Notes: generated by a model not told the origin, from the letters alone. DNA of 64,000 nucleotides from an uncultured virus (IMG/VR IMGVR_UViG_3300020599_000006) (IMGVR_UViG_3300020599_000006), one strand, 5' to 3'; numbered from the stretch's first letter, positions 9,744 through 20,649 are shown. Numbers and translations are program-made.

Positions 9744-10546
9744 CGATGCAAAACACGCACTACAACCAACGCGACATCGAAGAACGCCTGGAAGCTAGCG
9801 GTCTGAACACCGCCCTCGCACTGGCGATTCAGCATGCCGCCCCCAGCCGACGTATCAGCTCGAGTGTCGATGGTCACGAGCACTGGTGGCCGAAGGCTCA
9901 CGTTGAAGCCTGGATCAAACTCTTCACTGAAGAGGAGCCGGTATCGACCAGCCCTGATGTGATCGAGAGCTGCGCCGACTTCATCGTCAGCCTGCTCAAC
10001 AAGAAGGGTCTGATGGTACCCGAATACGAGCGTCGTCAGTTCGTGGCCGAATTGTCCAACAAGATTATCCGCGTAGTGGTGCCTTCCGACAATCAGACTT
10101 CACCGGAGAAAATACTCTTCAACGCGCTGGTCGCTGTACTGGACAAGCTGCAAGGTTCGGTGGTCGATATGCCGTCGGAGGAAGCCTATCCGATCTACAA
10201 GTCAATCGACATCGTACGCCAGGCTCTGTTCGACTACGCCGACAAAGTCGAACTGAAATCTCGCCAGGTGCGCTGGAACTGGCAAGGTGAAGGCAAACGT
10301 CCACTGGATACCCGTGAGTGCCACGACCATCCGGCGGTGCGTGGAACCACCTACATGGAAATCTCCGATCTCCTGGGCACCTCCGGCTGCTCCAAGGAAG
10401 AACCCTACTGGGTCTGGAGCTGCATGGGTATCATCGAGACCAACCGTGGTAAGCAGGTGGTCTGCCCGGGTGATTGGATCGTCGAGCCCATCAAGGGTCT
10501 CTATCAGGTTCTGACCCACGAGCAGTTTATGGTTCTCTACCAGTGA
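9740..10546 (+). CDS. hypothetical phage protein
   Basis: 268 aa; C-terminal IETxxG..V.PGDWIV motif common in phage proteins. Confidence 0.7.
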   Translation: MTMQNTHYNQRDIEERLEASGLNTALALAIQHAAPSRRISSSVDGHEHWWPKAHVEAWIKLFTEEEPVSTSPDVIESCADFIVSLLNKKGLMVPEYERRQFVAELSNKIIRVVVPSDNQTSPEKILFNALVAVLDKLQGSVVDMPSEEAYPIYKSIDIVRQALFDYADKVELKSRQVRWNWQGEGKRPLDTRECHDHPAVRGTTYMEISDLLGTSGCSKEEPYWVWSCMGIIETNRGKQVVCPGDWIVEPIKGLYQVLTHEQFMVLYQ

Positions 10547-10554
10547 GGTGAAGC

Positions 10555-11193
10555 ATGTCCGAGGTAATGTCGTTTGGCGAAGTCTATCGGCGTCTACATG
10601 AACTGTGCCGGGAAAGGGTGATCCATCCCTCAGCTTCACGGCAATTGAGTGGCGATAAGTGGTCGATGGTGCTGACCTTACCTCGGAAGGCTACCTTTGA
10701 GGTTGTCAAAGGCAGTCGGGTAAGGGAGGTCCTTGAGAAAGCCATCAAGTACATCGAGGACAACCCCACCTTGGGTGAAGGTGATATCCCGGTGCTTGAC
10801 CCGGCCAAGTTGTTCAGCATCGGTGGCGGTGCTTCGAAGAAGAAACTAGGATCTGGCCATCAGATCGAACTACCGTCCAGACAGGTCATCCCTGAAGAGG
10901 AGGAAGCTCGTCGAGCGCCAATGTACTTCGGGTACGACATGGCAATCACCGATGAGGAGGCCGTCTTCGAGGGCGATTACTCGGAAGTCTATTTCCCTGA
11001 GCCCGAACCGATAATAGAGCCTAAGCCTATACTCACGGGTGGTTTTACCATCCACGAAGACGATGAAGAGGAGGAGGAAGACGATACCATCCATTTCAGT
11101 AGTCCAGCAATACCCGTAGAACCTGTCATTATAAAAGACGATCCGAGGCGGTTCATTCGTGCCTCGTTCCGTCGACTTAACAGAAGAGCTTAA
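10555..11193 (+). CDS. hypothetical acidic protein
   Basis: GAGGTG RBS; EDDEEEEEDD tract. Confidence 0.65.
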   Translation: MSEVMSFGEVYRRLHELCRERVIHPSASRQLSGDKWSMVLTLPRKATFEVVKGSRVREVLEKAIKYIEDNPTLGEGDIPVLDPAKLFSIGGGASKKKLGSGHQIELPSRQVIPEEEEARRAPMYFGYDMAITDEEAVFEGDYSEVYFPEPEPIIEPKPILTGGFTIHEDDEEEEEDDTIHFSSPAIPVEPVIIKDDPRRFIRASFRRLNRRA

Positions 11194-11203
11194 GGAGTGA
11201 ACC

Positions 11204-11755
11204 ATGGTAACCATCACCCACGACCTACCGGACGCCCCCACTGAAGTAGAACGCGATCTCATTCAGACCCGCGATGCGGGGGAACGGGCTGCTAACCTGA
11301 TGCGTTCCCGAATGAAGCAGGCTGCTCGTAGGGCGCTCGTCCGTACCTGGACCATCTTCTCCCTGCTGCTGTTCCTGGGCACGGTCACAGCAGCAGGCCT
11401 GGGTTACTATTTCTGGCAACACCGTACGATCACTCACGTGACCTATGAGCGGAACTGTCGCTGGCCCATCAACGACAAACTCGAAATCACAGGTCGTCGT
11501 ACCTATGACTTCCAACAGAACGAGCTCTTCGGCATCCGCTGGAATGACGCCAAAGGTGTCACTGAACAGACACGGGTTGATGTGGTCGGTAAGCAGATGT
11601 TGGTCATAGGCCTCACGGCAGACGACAAGTGGTGGGCGTATCCTATCTCCATGGGAGAGCGGGGGATTCAGCCGCTGAAGTCAGCGAGCAGTTACGTCTT
11701 CGTCGTTGATGGTGACAAGGTGGGGGCTGCCAAGTACGAAGAATTCTGTAAGTAA
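11204..11755 (+). CDS. hypothetical single-pass membrane protein
   Basis: AAGGAG RBS; hydrophobic segment WTIFSLLLFLGTVTAAGLGYYFW. Confidence 0.7.
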   Translation: MVTITHDLPDAPTEVERDLIQTRDAGERAANLMRSRMKQAARRALVRTWTIFSLLLFLGTVTAAGLGYYFWQHRTITHVTYERNCRWPINDKLEITGRRTYDFQQNELFGIRWNDAKGVTEQTRVDVVGKQMLVIGLTADDKWWAYPISMGERGIQPLKSASSYVFVVDGDKVGAAKYEEFCK

Positions 11756-11808
11756 TGACCGATTAATACGATGCCTATGGGGTTAAACCTGCATTTAGGA
11801 GCGTTACC

Positions 11809-12261
11809 ATGGATGTATCTGTAAGACGTCTGCGTGTTAACTGTTCGTCTCGTAGCGCGGATACTCTCGGCGAGATGCGCAATGCTGTTCAGATCGATCC
11901 CAGACGCCTGTGTGTGGACGATCTCTTCGTGCTGAAGATCGGTGATAACGACGGCATCCCCAGTGCTTTCCAGGTACTGGAAGAGGAGGAGGTCTGGGTC
12001 AACCTCCCCAACCGCAAAACGCCAGACTACGGCAGCACTACGTTGCCAGTAAAGCGTGAGAAGCGGCTGACGTTCGCATGCCTGACCAGCCAGTGGCGAG
12101 GGTATCTGTTCCCACGCACCGGCGAGGTCTTCTATTGCGACTGGAACGGTGCCACCATGCTCCTGCGCAGTCGTTTCACCCTGGGTCAGCGCGATAAGAT
12201 CTATCTCCTGATCCCTGAAGCCACCCCAGTGCTTTCTACACCCAATCCCACCCCCGTATAA
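11809..12261 (+). CDS. hypothetical protein
   Basis: AGGAG RBS. Confidence 0.65.
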   Translation: MDVSVRRLRVNCSSRSADTLGEMRNAVQIDPRRLCVDDLFVLKIGDNDGIPSAFQVLEEEEVWVNLPNRKTPDYGSTTLPVKREKRLTFACLTSQWRGYLFPRTGEVFYCDWNGATMLLRSRFTLGQRDKIYLLIPEATPVLSTPNPTPV

Positions 12262-12322
12262 CCGCATAAAGACAGGGACGTCATGTCCCTGTGTATGCCC
12301 TCTTCATTAGGAGTAAAGTACC

Positions 12323-12712
12323 ATGGAACGCAAGAGCTACATGACTGTGGCAGGTCGTAACTTCAATTACGCCAACAACGTGGATGACCTCAAGCGCGAC
12401 AAGTACAAGGAAGCGCTGGTCATCATCGAACACAACGAGACCGGTAAGCTCGATGTGCAGATCGTCAACCGAGCGTGCGACGCTTTCTCTCGACTGAACA
12501 AGAACGAACTGCTCTGCGTTGATCATCGCGCCATGGTCGATGAGAAGCAACCGCTGCATCGTCAGTTCTCCCTGTACTTCTACACAGGTCCGATGAGCAG
12601 CACGCGCAAGCTGGACCAGTGGCAAGTGCTCAATGAGCTGGCCGATCGTCTGGCTGGTAAGCAAATCCGACCGACACGCCTGTCCTCGGTCAAACTTAAA
12701 GTCCGTAACTAA
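12323..12712 (+). CDS. hypothetical protein
   Basis: AGGAG RBS. Confidence 0.65.
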   Translation: MERKSYMTVAGRNFNYANNVDDLKRDKYKEALVIIEHNETGKLDVQIVNRACDAFSRLNKNELLCVDHRAMVDEKQPLHRQFSLYFYTGPMSSTRKLDQWQVLNELADRLAGKQIRPTRLSSVKLKVRN

Positions 12713-12734
12713 ACATCAACAGGGGTGTTGAATC

Positions 12735-13781
12735 ATGAGTAAACTTAAAGAAGTACGCTGGGACAGTGGCACCATGGGTGCGTCCTATTACACCAAGGAG
12801 GAGTGCCTGGCATTCGTGCGCAATATGGGTCTGGAAGTAGCCGTGGATTTCCACGGCAACCCGATCCTGGATCGTCTGGATGAAGATGACGAAGAAAGCG
12901 GTGTCGATCCAGTGCAACACGTCGTCTTCCACAAGAAGTACTGGCCGAAGTGGCAAGTGCAGTGGTGGGTGGCGCAGCAGCTGGAGAAGACCGGCCGTAA
13001 CGTCATCCGTGTACGCCTACACGGCGAAGACAAGAAGGGCTATCGGTTCCTCTCGCAGAGCCTGTACGACACTCTGACCGAACAAGGTATCCGTGCACTG
13101 GACTACAGTGCCGAATACGCTCGCTCCCCTGACTGCACCGTCGAACTCGAACTGGGCGAAGAATCCCTCAGGGAAAGTATCGTGCTGTTCGAACGTCGTG
13201 AAGGTAAGAACGGTGAAGTCGTGGGCGACCGTGTGCTGAAAGAAGCTCGCATCGCCCTGGATTACTTCGGTGCACCGAAGTACATCCTGGATCAGCTCAA
13301 GGATGCGGTGGAAGGGATGCCGTTGCATCGTGAAAGCATCCTACCGATCGACACGGTGGGTGTGCCTGAAGAGGATATGGTCTATGTCAGCATCGGCCGT
13401 AATAAAGATGAAGACGTGGTCGTCTACAAGGGCCGCAATATCAACATCTGTCCGATTGCCGTGGATTTCCCGGTAAACCCGCACATGGGCATCCCGGTGG
13501 TCTACTGTAACAAGCACGGGATGCTGGGCATCGACAAGGAGACCAGTTTCCTGGGTGAGCACCACGCCTACACCCACCTGATCACCGAGAACGGCAACCC
13601 GTACACCGGTTACCAGACTCGCATGTCCGTCGGCTTCTTCACCACGCTGGACTGCCTGAAGCAGATGTTCTACTTCTTCACCCAAACACCGATAAGTCGT
13701 ACGCCGTATGGCGACGACATCGAGGCAGCCTGGGCGGCTCAAGGAGTGATCGACGAAATGAAAGAGCTGAGTAAGAAATAA
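12735..13781 (+). CDS. hypothetical protein
   Basis: 348-aa ORF with strong C/G third-position bias. Confidence 0.75.
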   Translation: MSKLKEVRWDSGTMGASYYTKEECLAFVRNMGLEVAVDFHGNPILDRLDEDDEESGVDPVQHVVFHKKYWPKWQVQWWVAQQLEKTGRNVIRVRLHGEDKKGYRFLSQSLYDTLTEQGIRALDYSAEYARSPDCTVELELGEESLRESIVLFERREGKNGEVVGDRVLKEARIALDYFGAPKYILDQLKDAVEGMPLHRESILPIDTVGVPEEDMVYVSIGRNKDEDVVVYKGRNINICPIAVDFPVNPHMGIPVVYCNKHGMLGIDKETSFLGEHHAYTHLITENGNPYTGYQTRMSVGFFTTLDCLKQMFYFFTQTPISRTPYGDDIEAAWAAQGVIDEMKELSKK

Positions 13782-13904
13782 CCCACCTCGCTACAGGTAC
13801 CGCCTCCAAGATGAGCGTGGTACCTGTTCAATAAAAACGTAAAGCTGATAGTCTTTGAGAGAAATCTCCGTTTATTCCGTCATTTCGTTCCTAAGGGGGA
13901 ACCA

Positions 13905-15563
13905 ATGGAACTGACTCAAACTCAACAACCGTTGTCCCGTAAAGACTACAAGTCCGCGGGTAACTACGACGAATTCCTGCAAGCGGTGCGGGCTACCTTC
14001 GAGGAACGCCTGTCGCTGTATGGCAACAAGCTGTTCCGTACCCACAACGGTGCACTGGACAGCAGCCCCTACAACACCCTGTACATCGATGGTATCGGTG
14101 AACACGGCGACGATGAGAAGCAGCACTACAACTGTCGCTGCTGCCGTCGCTTCATGAACCACTTCGCCGATCTGGTCTTCGTAGACGGTGATGGTAAGGC
14201 TGTCTCGGCCTTCTGGGATGTCAACACGGTACCCGAGTTCTTCAAGCCGGCCGTAGCGGCCATGCAAGCCAAGGTCGAGCGCTCGGCTGTCCAAGCGGTT
14301 TTCGTGCCGTCGCAGCGTGAGCTGGGCATCGCCTTCGCCGGTAACTTCAACCACTTCGCGGTGGTAGTGCCGGAGTTCATGGTCTGGAACCGCAAGGACA
14401 TGGACGCGCACGAGAAGGAAGCCCTGTTTGCCCAGGACTTCGAAGTCCTCGAGCAATCCCTGAAGGACTACCCGGTAGAAGTGGTGCGCAAGGCAAAAGC
14501 CCTGCTCAACACGCCGGCTGCTTTCCGGGGTGAAAAGGCCGATGGTCCGATCGCGTACTTCCTGGAAGTGGCTGAGAAAGCCGCTGAACTCAAGGGTACC
14601 GATCGCCGCAACTACATCTGGTCCAAGATCGCCTACGCACCGTCTGGCTTCGCCAAACCACGTAGCACGGTGATCTCCATCGTCCTGGACGGCATCAAAG
14701 AAGGTCGCGATGCCAACCTGGTCCTGAAGTCCTTCAACAAAGAAATGGACCCGATCAAGTACCAGCGCGGTGAAGAGGAAGAAGTCAAGAAAGGTCAGAT
14801 CGATGCTGCTGAAAGGCTGGTCGAGAAACTGGAGCTGGCTACGGCCCTGGCCCGTCGGGCAGCCCGTGTGGAAGAGCTGCCGATGAAGTTCTGGTCGCCG
14901 AAAGCGGCGGTAGAAGCCGCTCCGGTCAAACCGGCCAGCATCTTCGATGCACTGCGTAAGGAAACGACCGACAAATCCACCGACCTGTCCGGTACCGTCA
15001 TCCAGGGCGGTCGTATCACCTGGGCGAAGTTCAAGGACACCGTCCTGCCGAGCGCCGAGTCGATCAAGGCGTACATCCCGAACGCCAAGCTGGGCATCCG
15101 CAACTACATCACCGCAGTTGATCCGGAAGCTAACCGCCTGTGGCGCTGGGAGAGTGACGAGGCCCGTTGTCCGTTCTCCTCCTACCTGTACCAGCACGGT
15201 TCCGATCCGCGCCACTACAACCTGCAACTGGACTCCTGGGTTGACGTGACTGCTATCGTGCCGATGCCTTGGCACATGGGTACTGGCGGCGAATCCTTCG
15301 GTCTGAACGAAGGTGCCTGCTTCATCCTCCAGGGCGCCTGGGACACGAGGGAACCTGGCACGGCCATCTTCGCCGAGAACCTGCGCACCGAGCTGCATCC
15401 GGTGGGTAACGTGATCGCGGCGCTGGGCGCCAAGACCCCGCTGGCCGAATGCGACCTGGGTACCGCAGCTGGTATCGACATCGGTGAACTGGGTGGCGGC
15501 ATCCAAGTCAAGGTGAACAACGGCGTGCTCGTGACGTCGTACATCATCGACCGCTGGAACTAA
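13905..15563 (+). CDS. hypothetical phage protein with Cys/His motif
   Basis: 552 aa; QHYNCRCCRRF motif; AAGGGGGA RBS. Confidence 0.8.
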   Translation: MELTQTQQPLSRKDYKSAGNYDEFLQAVRATFEERLSLYGNKLFRTHNGALDSSPYNTLYIDGIGEHGDDEKQHYNCRCCRRFMNHFADLVFVDGDGKAVSAFWDVNTVPEFFKPAVAAMQAKVERSAVQAVFVPSQRELGIAFAGNFNHFAVVVPEFMVWNRKDMDAHEKEALFAQDFEVLEQSLKDYPVEVVRKAKALLNTPAAFRGEKADGPIAYFLEVAEKAAELKGTDRRNYIWSKIAYAPSGFAKPRSTVISIVLDGIKEGRDANLVLKSFNKEMDPIKYQRGEEEEVKKGQIDAAERLVEKLELATALARRAARVEELPMKFWSPKAAVEAAPVKPASIFDALRKETTDKSTDLSGTVIQGGRITWAKFKDTVLPSAESIKAYIPNAKLGIRNYITAVDPEANRLWRWESDEARCPFSSYLYQHGSDPRHYNLQLDSWVDVTAIVPMPWHMGTGGESFGLNEGACFILQGAWDTREPGTAIFAENLRTELHPVGNVIAALGAKTPLAECDLGTAAGIDIGELGGGIQVKVNNGVLVTSYIIDRWN

Positions 15564-15628
15564 GCGACATAAGACCGATACCGGTAAAACGGTATCGGTC
15601 TTTATGCCATTGATTAAGGGGAAAGAGC

Positions 15629-16285
15629 GTGACTTATATTTTTGTTGCGGGTAAAGAACTGACAGTATTGACTGAAGCAAAAGCAGGCGATCGGTGTCCA
15701 TTCATCAATGTCGAGATTATCGAGTTCGATCCTGCGCAGGTGATCAAGCGCCCCATCACCGTACAGTTCTTTGGCAGTCAAGAGCATCGGGCCAGAGCCG
15801 AGTTCCAGGAACTGCAAATTTCCAGTGTCTTGGTGATAGGGGACGTCTATTGGGTAGCATTCTGGCAGACCTTGTGCGAAGCTCTGAGACAAGGGAGTGA
15901 CTCCGCAAAACTGGTGCTAGAAAGCCCCACTCACGTTGTCGGTCGGGTCGAGTCAGGGCGCCGGGCCATACTGACCACCAGCGTGGGTCGTTTGGTCATC
16001 TCGGAGGATCGTTTTGGTGGCTGGAATCTGATCGGTGCTCCGGCCGACATCAATCAGTTCCAGGAGATCAACTCCAGCTACTCGGATGGTCTTAGGATAC
16101 TGGGTGATTACTGCCCTGAGAAGTGGAAACTGATCATGAACGTTATGGGACGACAGGGCTGCGGCCCATTCGAGGCCATGGTTTCTCTGGAGAACCTGGG
16201 TGTTCCAGTCTACGATCCAACGACTCAGCGACTGGTCAGAATCCCATACTTTGACTTCGGCAATAACACTGCGGACGAGGAATGA
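15629..16285 (+). CDS. hypothetical protein
   Basis: 218-aa ORF after a hairpin. Confidence 0.6.
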   Translation: MTYIFVAGKELTVLTEAKAGDRCPFINVEIIEFDPAQVIKRPITVQFFGSQEHRARAEFQELQISSVLVIGDVYWVAFWQTLCEALRQGSDSAKLVLESPTHVVGRVESGRRAILTTSVGRLVISEDRFGGWNLIGAPADINQFQEINSSYSDGLRILGDYCPEKWKLIMNVMGRQGCGPFEAMVSLENLGVPVYDPTTQRLVRIPYFDFGNNTADEE

Positions 16286-16515
16286 CCATGCAAATCGCGG
16301 CTGTGATGTTGCTCAGTAGCATCATCTTCAACGACGGGGTTTCTCAGGTGAGTGCACCGTTCAACGACATGGAAAGCTGCATGAAAGCAGCCAGGGCGCT
16401 ATTACCGAAAAACGCCGAGGTACAAGTGGACAGCAATAGCATCCGTAGTACCTACAACGGCATCCAGGGGCGAACTGTTATTTACACCGTAACCTGTAAC
16501 AAAACCGACCGCTAA
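16282..16515 (+). CDS. small secreted-type hypothetical protein
   Basis: Hydrophobic N-terminus; F..MESC..A motif and C-terminal Cys. Confidence 0.55.
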   Translation: MTMQIAAVMLLSSIIFNDGVSQVSAPFNDMESCMKAARALLPKNAEVQVDSNSIRSTYNGIQGRTVIYTVTCNKTDR

Positions 16516-16541
16516 CCCGACCCTGCGTCTAAGGATAGATC

Positions 16542-17240
16542 ATGACCGCCTCGGTAAATCCTGCGCTGTATCCGATACTGCCCATCACCACTCCCTCGTA
16601 CCAGATGGAGATGTTTCGTCTGGATCATTACGAGGCCGCGTTGGAGATGGGTATTTGTCGAATGCCGGATTGCTGTTTCACCGTGACTGATCACAAGTCA
16701 AAAACCAAGAAGAAATATGGTCTAGGCTTGCGAATCCGTCGGCGTGTGGGAAAGGGACCGGATGATGAACCTGCTCGGTACGCTGATACCAAGCGGGGTC
16801 TTATGTGGGCACTGGATGCGTTTGGCCAGCAGTTTGGCATGGACTTCCACACCAAAGGTTACTTAACCGATGTGCTCAAAGAGGTTGAGCGGCAAATGTT
16901 CCCTGTGATGCCGGACATCATCTACGGCACAGAGGACAAGGAACGCTTCATGTCTATGCACCTGGGCAGTGGGCTGATGTTGCGTGTTAACCGTACTGAT
17001 CCGACGGGTCACCTCAATGGCAAAGGTGGCTACCGAGTGGACTTCACAGTACGAGGTCGCAGGTTTCCGGGTGCCGTGCATCACCCAGGGATCGTTGCCA
17101 CGCAGCATGTTACCGCTGAAACAGTGGAGGCTACCATCAATAGCCGCCTCTATGACCAATGGCCGATGCTCTTCGACTATGGCATCCAGTACGCCAAGGT
17201 GGTGGGTATCTACGAGGCATCCAGCGCATCGTCAGCCTAG
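16542..17240 (+). CDS. hypothetical protein
   Basis: AAGGA RBS; 232 aa. Confidence 0.65.
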   Translation: MTASVNPALYPILPITTPSYQMEMFRLDHYEAALEMGICRMPDCCFTVTDHKSKTKKKYGLGLRIRRRVGKGPDDEPARYADTKRGLMWALDAFGQQFGMDFHTKGYLTDVLKEVERQMFPVMPDIIYGTEDKERFMSMHLGSGLMLRVNRTDPTGHLNGKGGYRVDFTVRGRRFPGAVHHPGIVATQHVTAETVEATINSRLYDQWPMLFDYGIQYAKVVGIYEASSASSA

Positions 17241-17289
17241 GACGGGCGAGGGGAGCAATCCCCTCGTCTATGCCGTCTTCTTATTTCTT

Positions 17290-17313
17290 TTTGGTCGTAC
17301 ATTATCGACTTGA
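17290..17313 (+). promoter_or_regulatory. putative phage promoter
   Basis: TTT GGTCGT ACATTAT CGACT TGA, just after a terminator-like hairpin. Confidence 0.6.
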
Positions 17314-17345
17314 TTCCACCATCAACTCTACAAGAGGTGTTTTAC

Positions 17346-18302
17346 ATGGATCAGAAAATCATCGATCAGTGCATGCTGGACCTGCCGATCGGCAATCTCA
17401 AAGCAGGCGAACTGTTTGTCATCGCGGATAACGCACTGCGTGCTAAACGAGATTTCAACCTCTACGGGCTGGCCGATATGGTCGCCAATCGACCCGAGAT
17501 CGGTCTGCTGGACTACCTGGAAGAGCATGGTCTACTCGACGATCTTCCCGAAACTGAGGAGCAGCTCGCCGAGGAGTGGCAGAGCCTGACCATCGATCAA
17601 CAGCATAACCGTATCTTCGAGCCGGCAGACGGCTTCCCGACGGTCTATGCACTCCAGCACATGGCCAAGTACCTGCCCGCTGCTGACAAGCTGCTGAACC
17701 ATTCGCAGTACCTGACCATCGCCACTCACCTGGATTTCAACCTGGTCGACGATGTGCCCATTCACGACTATCTCATCAACATGGTCGATGAACTGCGCGC
17801 CAACAAACAACACCTGGTCGACATCGTCATCCAGATCAACGGTGCCAAGGTGAAGCACCAGACGGATCAGTTGCGTGCCATGCATGGCTGGTTCGTCACG
17901 GGTGTCTTTGACGAACATGGCACTGGTCCTAGCTATGCATATACCAAAGGCATGGCTGCTCAGGAAGCGTTCGGTTTCAGTATGTTCGCTGTCATCCATG
18001 GTTTAAGCCTGAATGTCCTGGGTAGCGTCATCAACGCTGTCGCTGAGAAGCACAAGAACGGTGAGGACATCTACAAGGAGTTCAACGACGTCCTCACCCT
18101 CAGGTCTGGCGAAGGTGTCCGCATGAAATGCATCAAAGCCGACTACCTGGTGGCCAAGGAACATGGCTGCGACCTGTACACCGAAGACATGGGCGGTGAT
18201 CTGGTGCAAATCCTCATCGCCGACGAAAAGAACATCCTTCCCGACGAGGAAGGTTACAACCAGGCTGAGTTGTATCAGCCCGTCTGCATCAAAACCAATT
18301 GA
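17346..18302 (+). CDS. hypothetical protein with DUF4262-like C-terminal domain
   Basis: HGWFVTGV....P.YAYTKG motif; GAGGTG RBS. Confidence 0.65.
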   Translation: MDQKIIDQCMLDLPIGNLKAGELFVIADNALRAKRDFNLYGLADMVANRPEIGLLDYLEEHGLLDDLPETEEQLAEEWQSLTIDQQHNRIFEPADGFPTVYALQHMAKYLPAADKLLNHSQYLTIATHLDFNLVDDVPIHDYLINMVDELRANKQHLVDIVIQINGAKVKHQTDQLRAMHGWFVTGVFDEHGTGPSYAYTKGMAAQEAFGFSMFAVIHGLSLNVLGSVINAVAEKHKNGEDIYKEFNDVLTLRSGEGVRMKCIKADYLVAKEHGCDLYTEDMGGDLVQILIADEKNILPDEEGYNQAELYQPVCIKTN

Positions 18303-18330
18303 TCCATCTCTTTTCACGAGGTACTACCGC

Positions 18331-18990
18331 ATGAACGCACTTCCCTTCATCCTTTGGCGCAATGGCGAACTGGTCATGGGCGTCCCGTCCAACTGCCGTA
18401 CCGCTGGTACCAACCTGGAGCTGCCGAACCTGGCTGCCTCCTTCAAGGTCGCTGTCTTCGATGATGGCAACTGGCACGAAGAGAACCAGGAGTTCATCGT
18501 CAGTCGCCTGATCGCCTGGGGACGTCCGGTGCACATGCTGCTGATCGACGCCCTGGTCAACAGCATCATCAACAACCAACTCACCCCCGGTATCGAGGGT
18601 GGCGAACAACCCTTCCTGGGCAGCTCACTGGATCTGCTCACCGAACTGGTGCGTGAGAGCGAACCGTTGTGCATCCTCTTCCTGACCAACCGGGGTCTGC
18701 TGACCATCTCGCCGGAAGTGAACAACGTCTGGCAGCTCTACGAAGCCACGGACGATCTCTACCTCAACACCAGCGAAGCGGTCTACAGCGTCATGAACCA
18801 CCAGAAATGCCGCGACTCCGCCACCATCGACCTGATCCGCATGATCGAAGGCCTGGGCGTGCTCGGTGCTAACATCCCGGCGATCGACTACATCCACTAC
18901 GACAAGTACGACTGGAACCCGGACGCCAATCTGGCGGACGATCTGGGTAAGAAAAAGTCGCAGAACGATCCGACCGACGACGCGGTTTAA
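18331..18990 (+). CDS. hypothetical protein
   Basis: GAGGT RBS before MNALPF. Confidence 0.65.
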   Translation: MNALPFILWRNGELVMGVPSNCRTAGTNLELPNLAASFKVAVFDDGNWHEENQEFIVSRLIAWGRPVHMLLIDALVNSIINNQLTPGIEGGEQPFLGSSLDLLTELVRESEPLCILFLTNRGLLTISPEVNNVWQLYEATDDLYLNTSEAVYSVMNHQKCRDSATIDLIRMIEGLGVLGANIPAIDYIHYDKYDWNPDANLADDLGKKKSQNDPTDDAV

Positions 18991-19038
18991 ATCCCCCCAG
19001 GGGTCTACGGGAAATCTCGTAGACCTCTCTCACCTGGA

Positions 19039-19659
19039 GTGACCATGGCTAAGAAAGACTTCCTTCCACCGACGCTACGTGTCATGGAGGGCATGAGCCC
19101 TCTGCCCACTGCTACCGTGTCAGTGCGTAAACATGCGCCTTTGCTGCGTGCGTACAACATCGTGACCCATTACCTGCACCAACTTGGTATCCATCAATCG
19201 GAATGCGATTACCGCTACGACGTGCTCGATGCCAGGATAGAAGAAGGTGTCGAGACTGGCCGCTTCTTGGCATCGGTCCACGACGGTCAAATCCTCATCG
19301 AGTTCGTCAACAACATCAGCACACAAGAGATCCACGACCGTACTCAAACGGGTGTGCTGTCCGGGTCGTACTCACTGCGCGTCAATGTAGCCGATGAGGA
19401 AACCAAGAGCAATGAGAAGTACGGTGTGGCCAAAGTGGTGCAGATGGCCTACAGCCAATTCGCTCAGGTGTGGGAGCGCATCCTGCTGGATTTCGGCTAT
19501 GTCATCGGCACCAATAAACTGCCGCATGAACGCAATACCATCGAGGCCTACTGCATCCTGCCGCTGACTTGCCGTGTGCGCATCCATTTCCCAGAAGAGC
19601 GCGTGGAAGTGATAGTGCGTGGCAATTATCACGACGGTCAAGTCTCGCCCCTGTTCTAA
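19039..19659 (+). CDS. hypothetical protein
   Basis: GGAG RBS; 206 aa. Confidence 0.65.
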   Translation: MTMAKKDFLPPTLRVMEGMSPLPTATVSVRKHAPLLRAYNIVTHYLHQLGIHQSECDYRYDVLDARIEEGVETGRFLASVHDGQILIEFVNNISTQEIHDRTQTGVLSGSYSLRVNVADEETKSNEKYGVAKVVQMAYSQFAQVWERILLDFGYVIGTNKLPHERNTIEAYCILPLTCRVRIHFPEERVEVIVRGNYHDGQVSPLF

Positions 19660-19729
19660 AGCTTTTCAGCCCCATATTACCCCTTTGCTTTAACAACCAC
19701 ACGCTTTCTCGCGAACCAAGGAGCTTTAC

Positions 19730-20587
19730 ATGCCCGCCAAGAAACCCGCTGCCGACAAGACCACCCCTCGCGCTACCAAGCCGGTGACCACCCGTGCCCC
19801 GCGTTCCGCTCGTAAGCAAGCCGGGTCCGGTGCAATGCCCAGCATCCCCGCGCCAATGCCGAAAGGCCTCAGTGAAAAGATTACCCAGTTCGCCGAGAGC
19901 CCGGTGCTCTTCCAGACCCTGCTGTTGCCGCACAACCTGGGTGTGATCCGCCTGTACCGCCCGGAGCATCTCACCCAGATCAACGCCGTCGATCAGCTGC
20001 CGCAGATCTACTTCCAGCGCGTTTCGACGCAGAACTTCGGTTTGGTTTGGTTTGGTCTCTCCCTTATCAAGGGCGATAACTGGCCTGAAACGGCTGGCGC
20101 TGATCTGATCAAAGTCCTCACCAACCTCGTGGAAGATGCCCTGGCTGGTTACAAAGCCCTGGATGAGATTGACAGTGCCATCAGGGAATGCAAATTCACG
20201 TCGCGCGAGAACGGCTATGTGGGCTTGAGTGCCGAGATCGCTCGCCTGATTCAGGATAGCGTAGGGGTCTCCTATATCGACCCGACAGCCAGGCAAGGTC
20301 ATCTGGCGTTTGGCACCCGCTGCGGTAAACCTTACCTCGACATCAGCGCTGAACTGGGCTCTGGTCTTGGTTTGCGTAATTGCTACTACCCTCATGTTGG
20401 TGAAGTAGCCTTGAAAGTGATCATCACCCTCCACGGTGCCGATATCGTGGCCTACGTGACGCTCGACGCACCGATCAAGGTCAGTCAGCTCAACCCCAAC
20501 GAGGTCTGCGCCTTCGTGGCTGAACGTCTGGCTACATTGCTCCAACTGCTCAACGCGCCGTCCATCAGCGTCAAGGTCGCCGAATAA
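19730..20587 (+). CDS. hypothetical protein with basic N-terminal tail
   Basis: AAGGAG RBS; K/R/P/A-rich first 45 aa. Confidence 0.7.
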   Translation: MPAKKPAADKTTPRATKPVTTRAPRSARKQAGSGAMPSIPAPMPKGLSEKITQFAESPVLFQTLLLPHNLGVIRLYRPEHLTQINAVDQLPQIYFQRVSTQNFGLVWFGLSLIKGDNWPETAGADLIKVLTNLVEDALAGYKALDEIDSAIRECKFTSRENGYVGLSAEIARLIQDSVGVSYIDPTARQGHLAFGTRCGKPYLDISAELGSGLGLRNCYYPHVGEVALKVIITLHGADIVAYVTLDAPIKVSQLNPNEVCAFVAERLATLLQLLNAPSISVKVAE

Positions 20588-20598
20588 CTTCATCCATT

Positions 20599-20649
20599 CG
20601 GCATAAACAGGAGGACCTTCGGGTCCTCCTGTATGCTCTTTTCTTTTTG
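20599..20649 (+). terminator. terminator hairpin (near-duplicate of 29852-29903)
   Basis: ACAGGAGGACC-TTCG-GGTCCTCCTGT followed by a T tract. Confidence 0.8.

Noticed and set aside
13872..15701. 609-aa minus-strand ORF and similar long antisense ORFs (19502-20593, 27076-28077, 33382-34404, 36792-37769)
   Set aside because: They overlap + strand genes that have RBSs; strong third-position C/G bias explains stop-free antisense frames.
18331..18990. Degenerate paralog of the HslV-like protein
   Set aside because: Only vague strand-pattern similarity; no N-terminal Thr or GSG motif.
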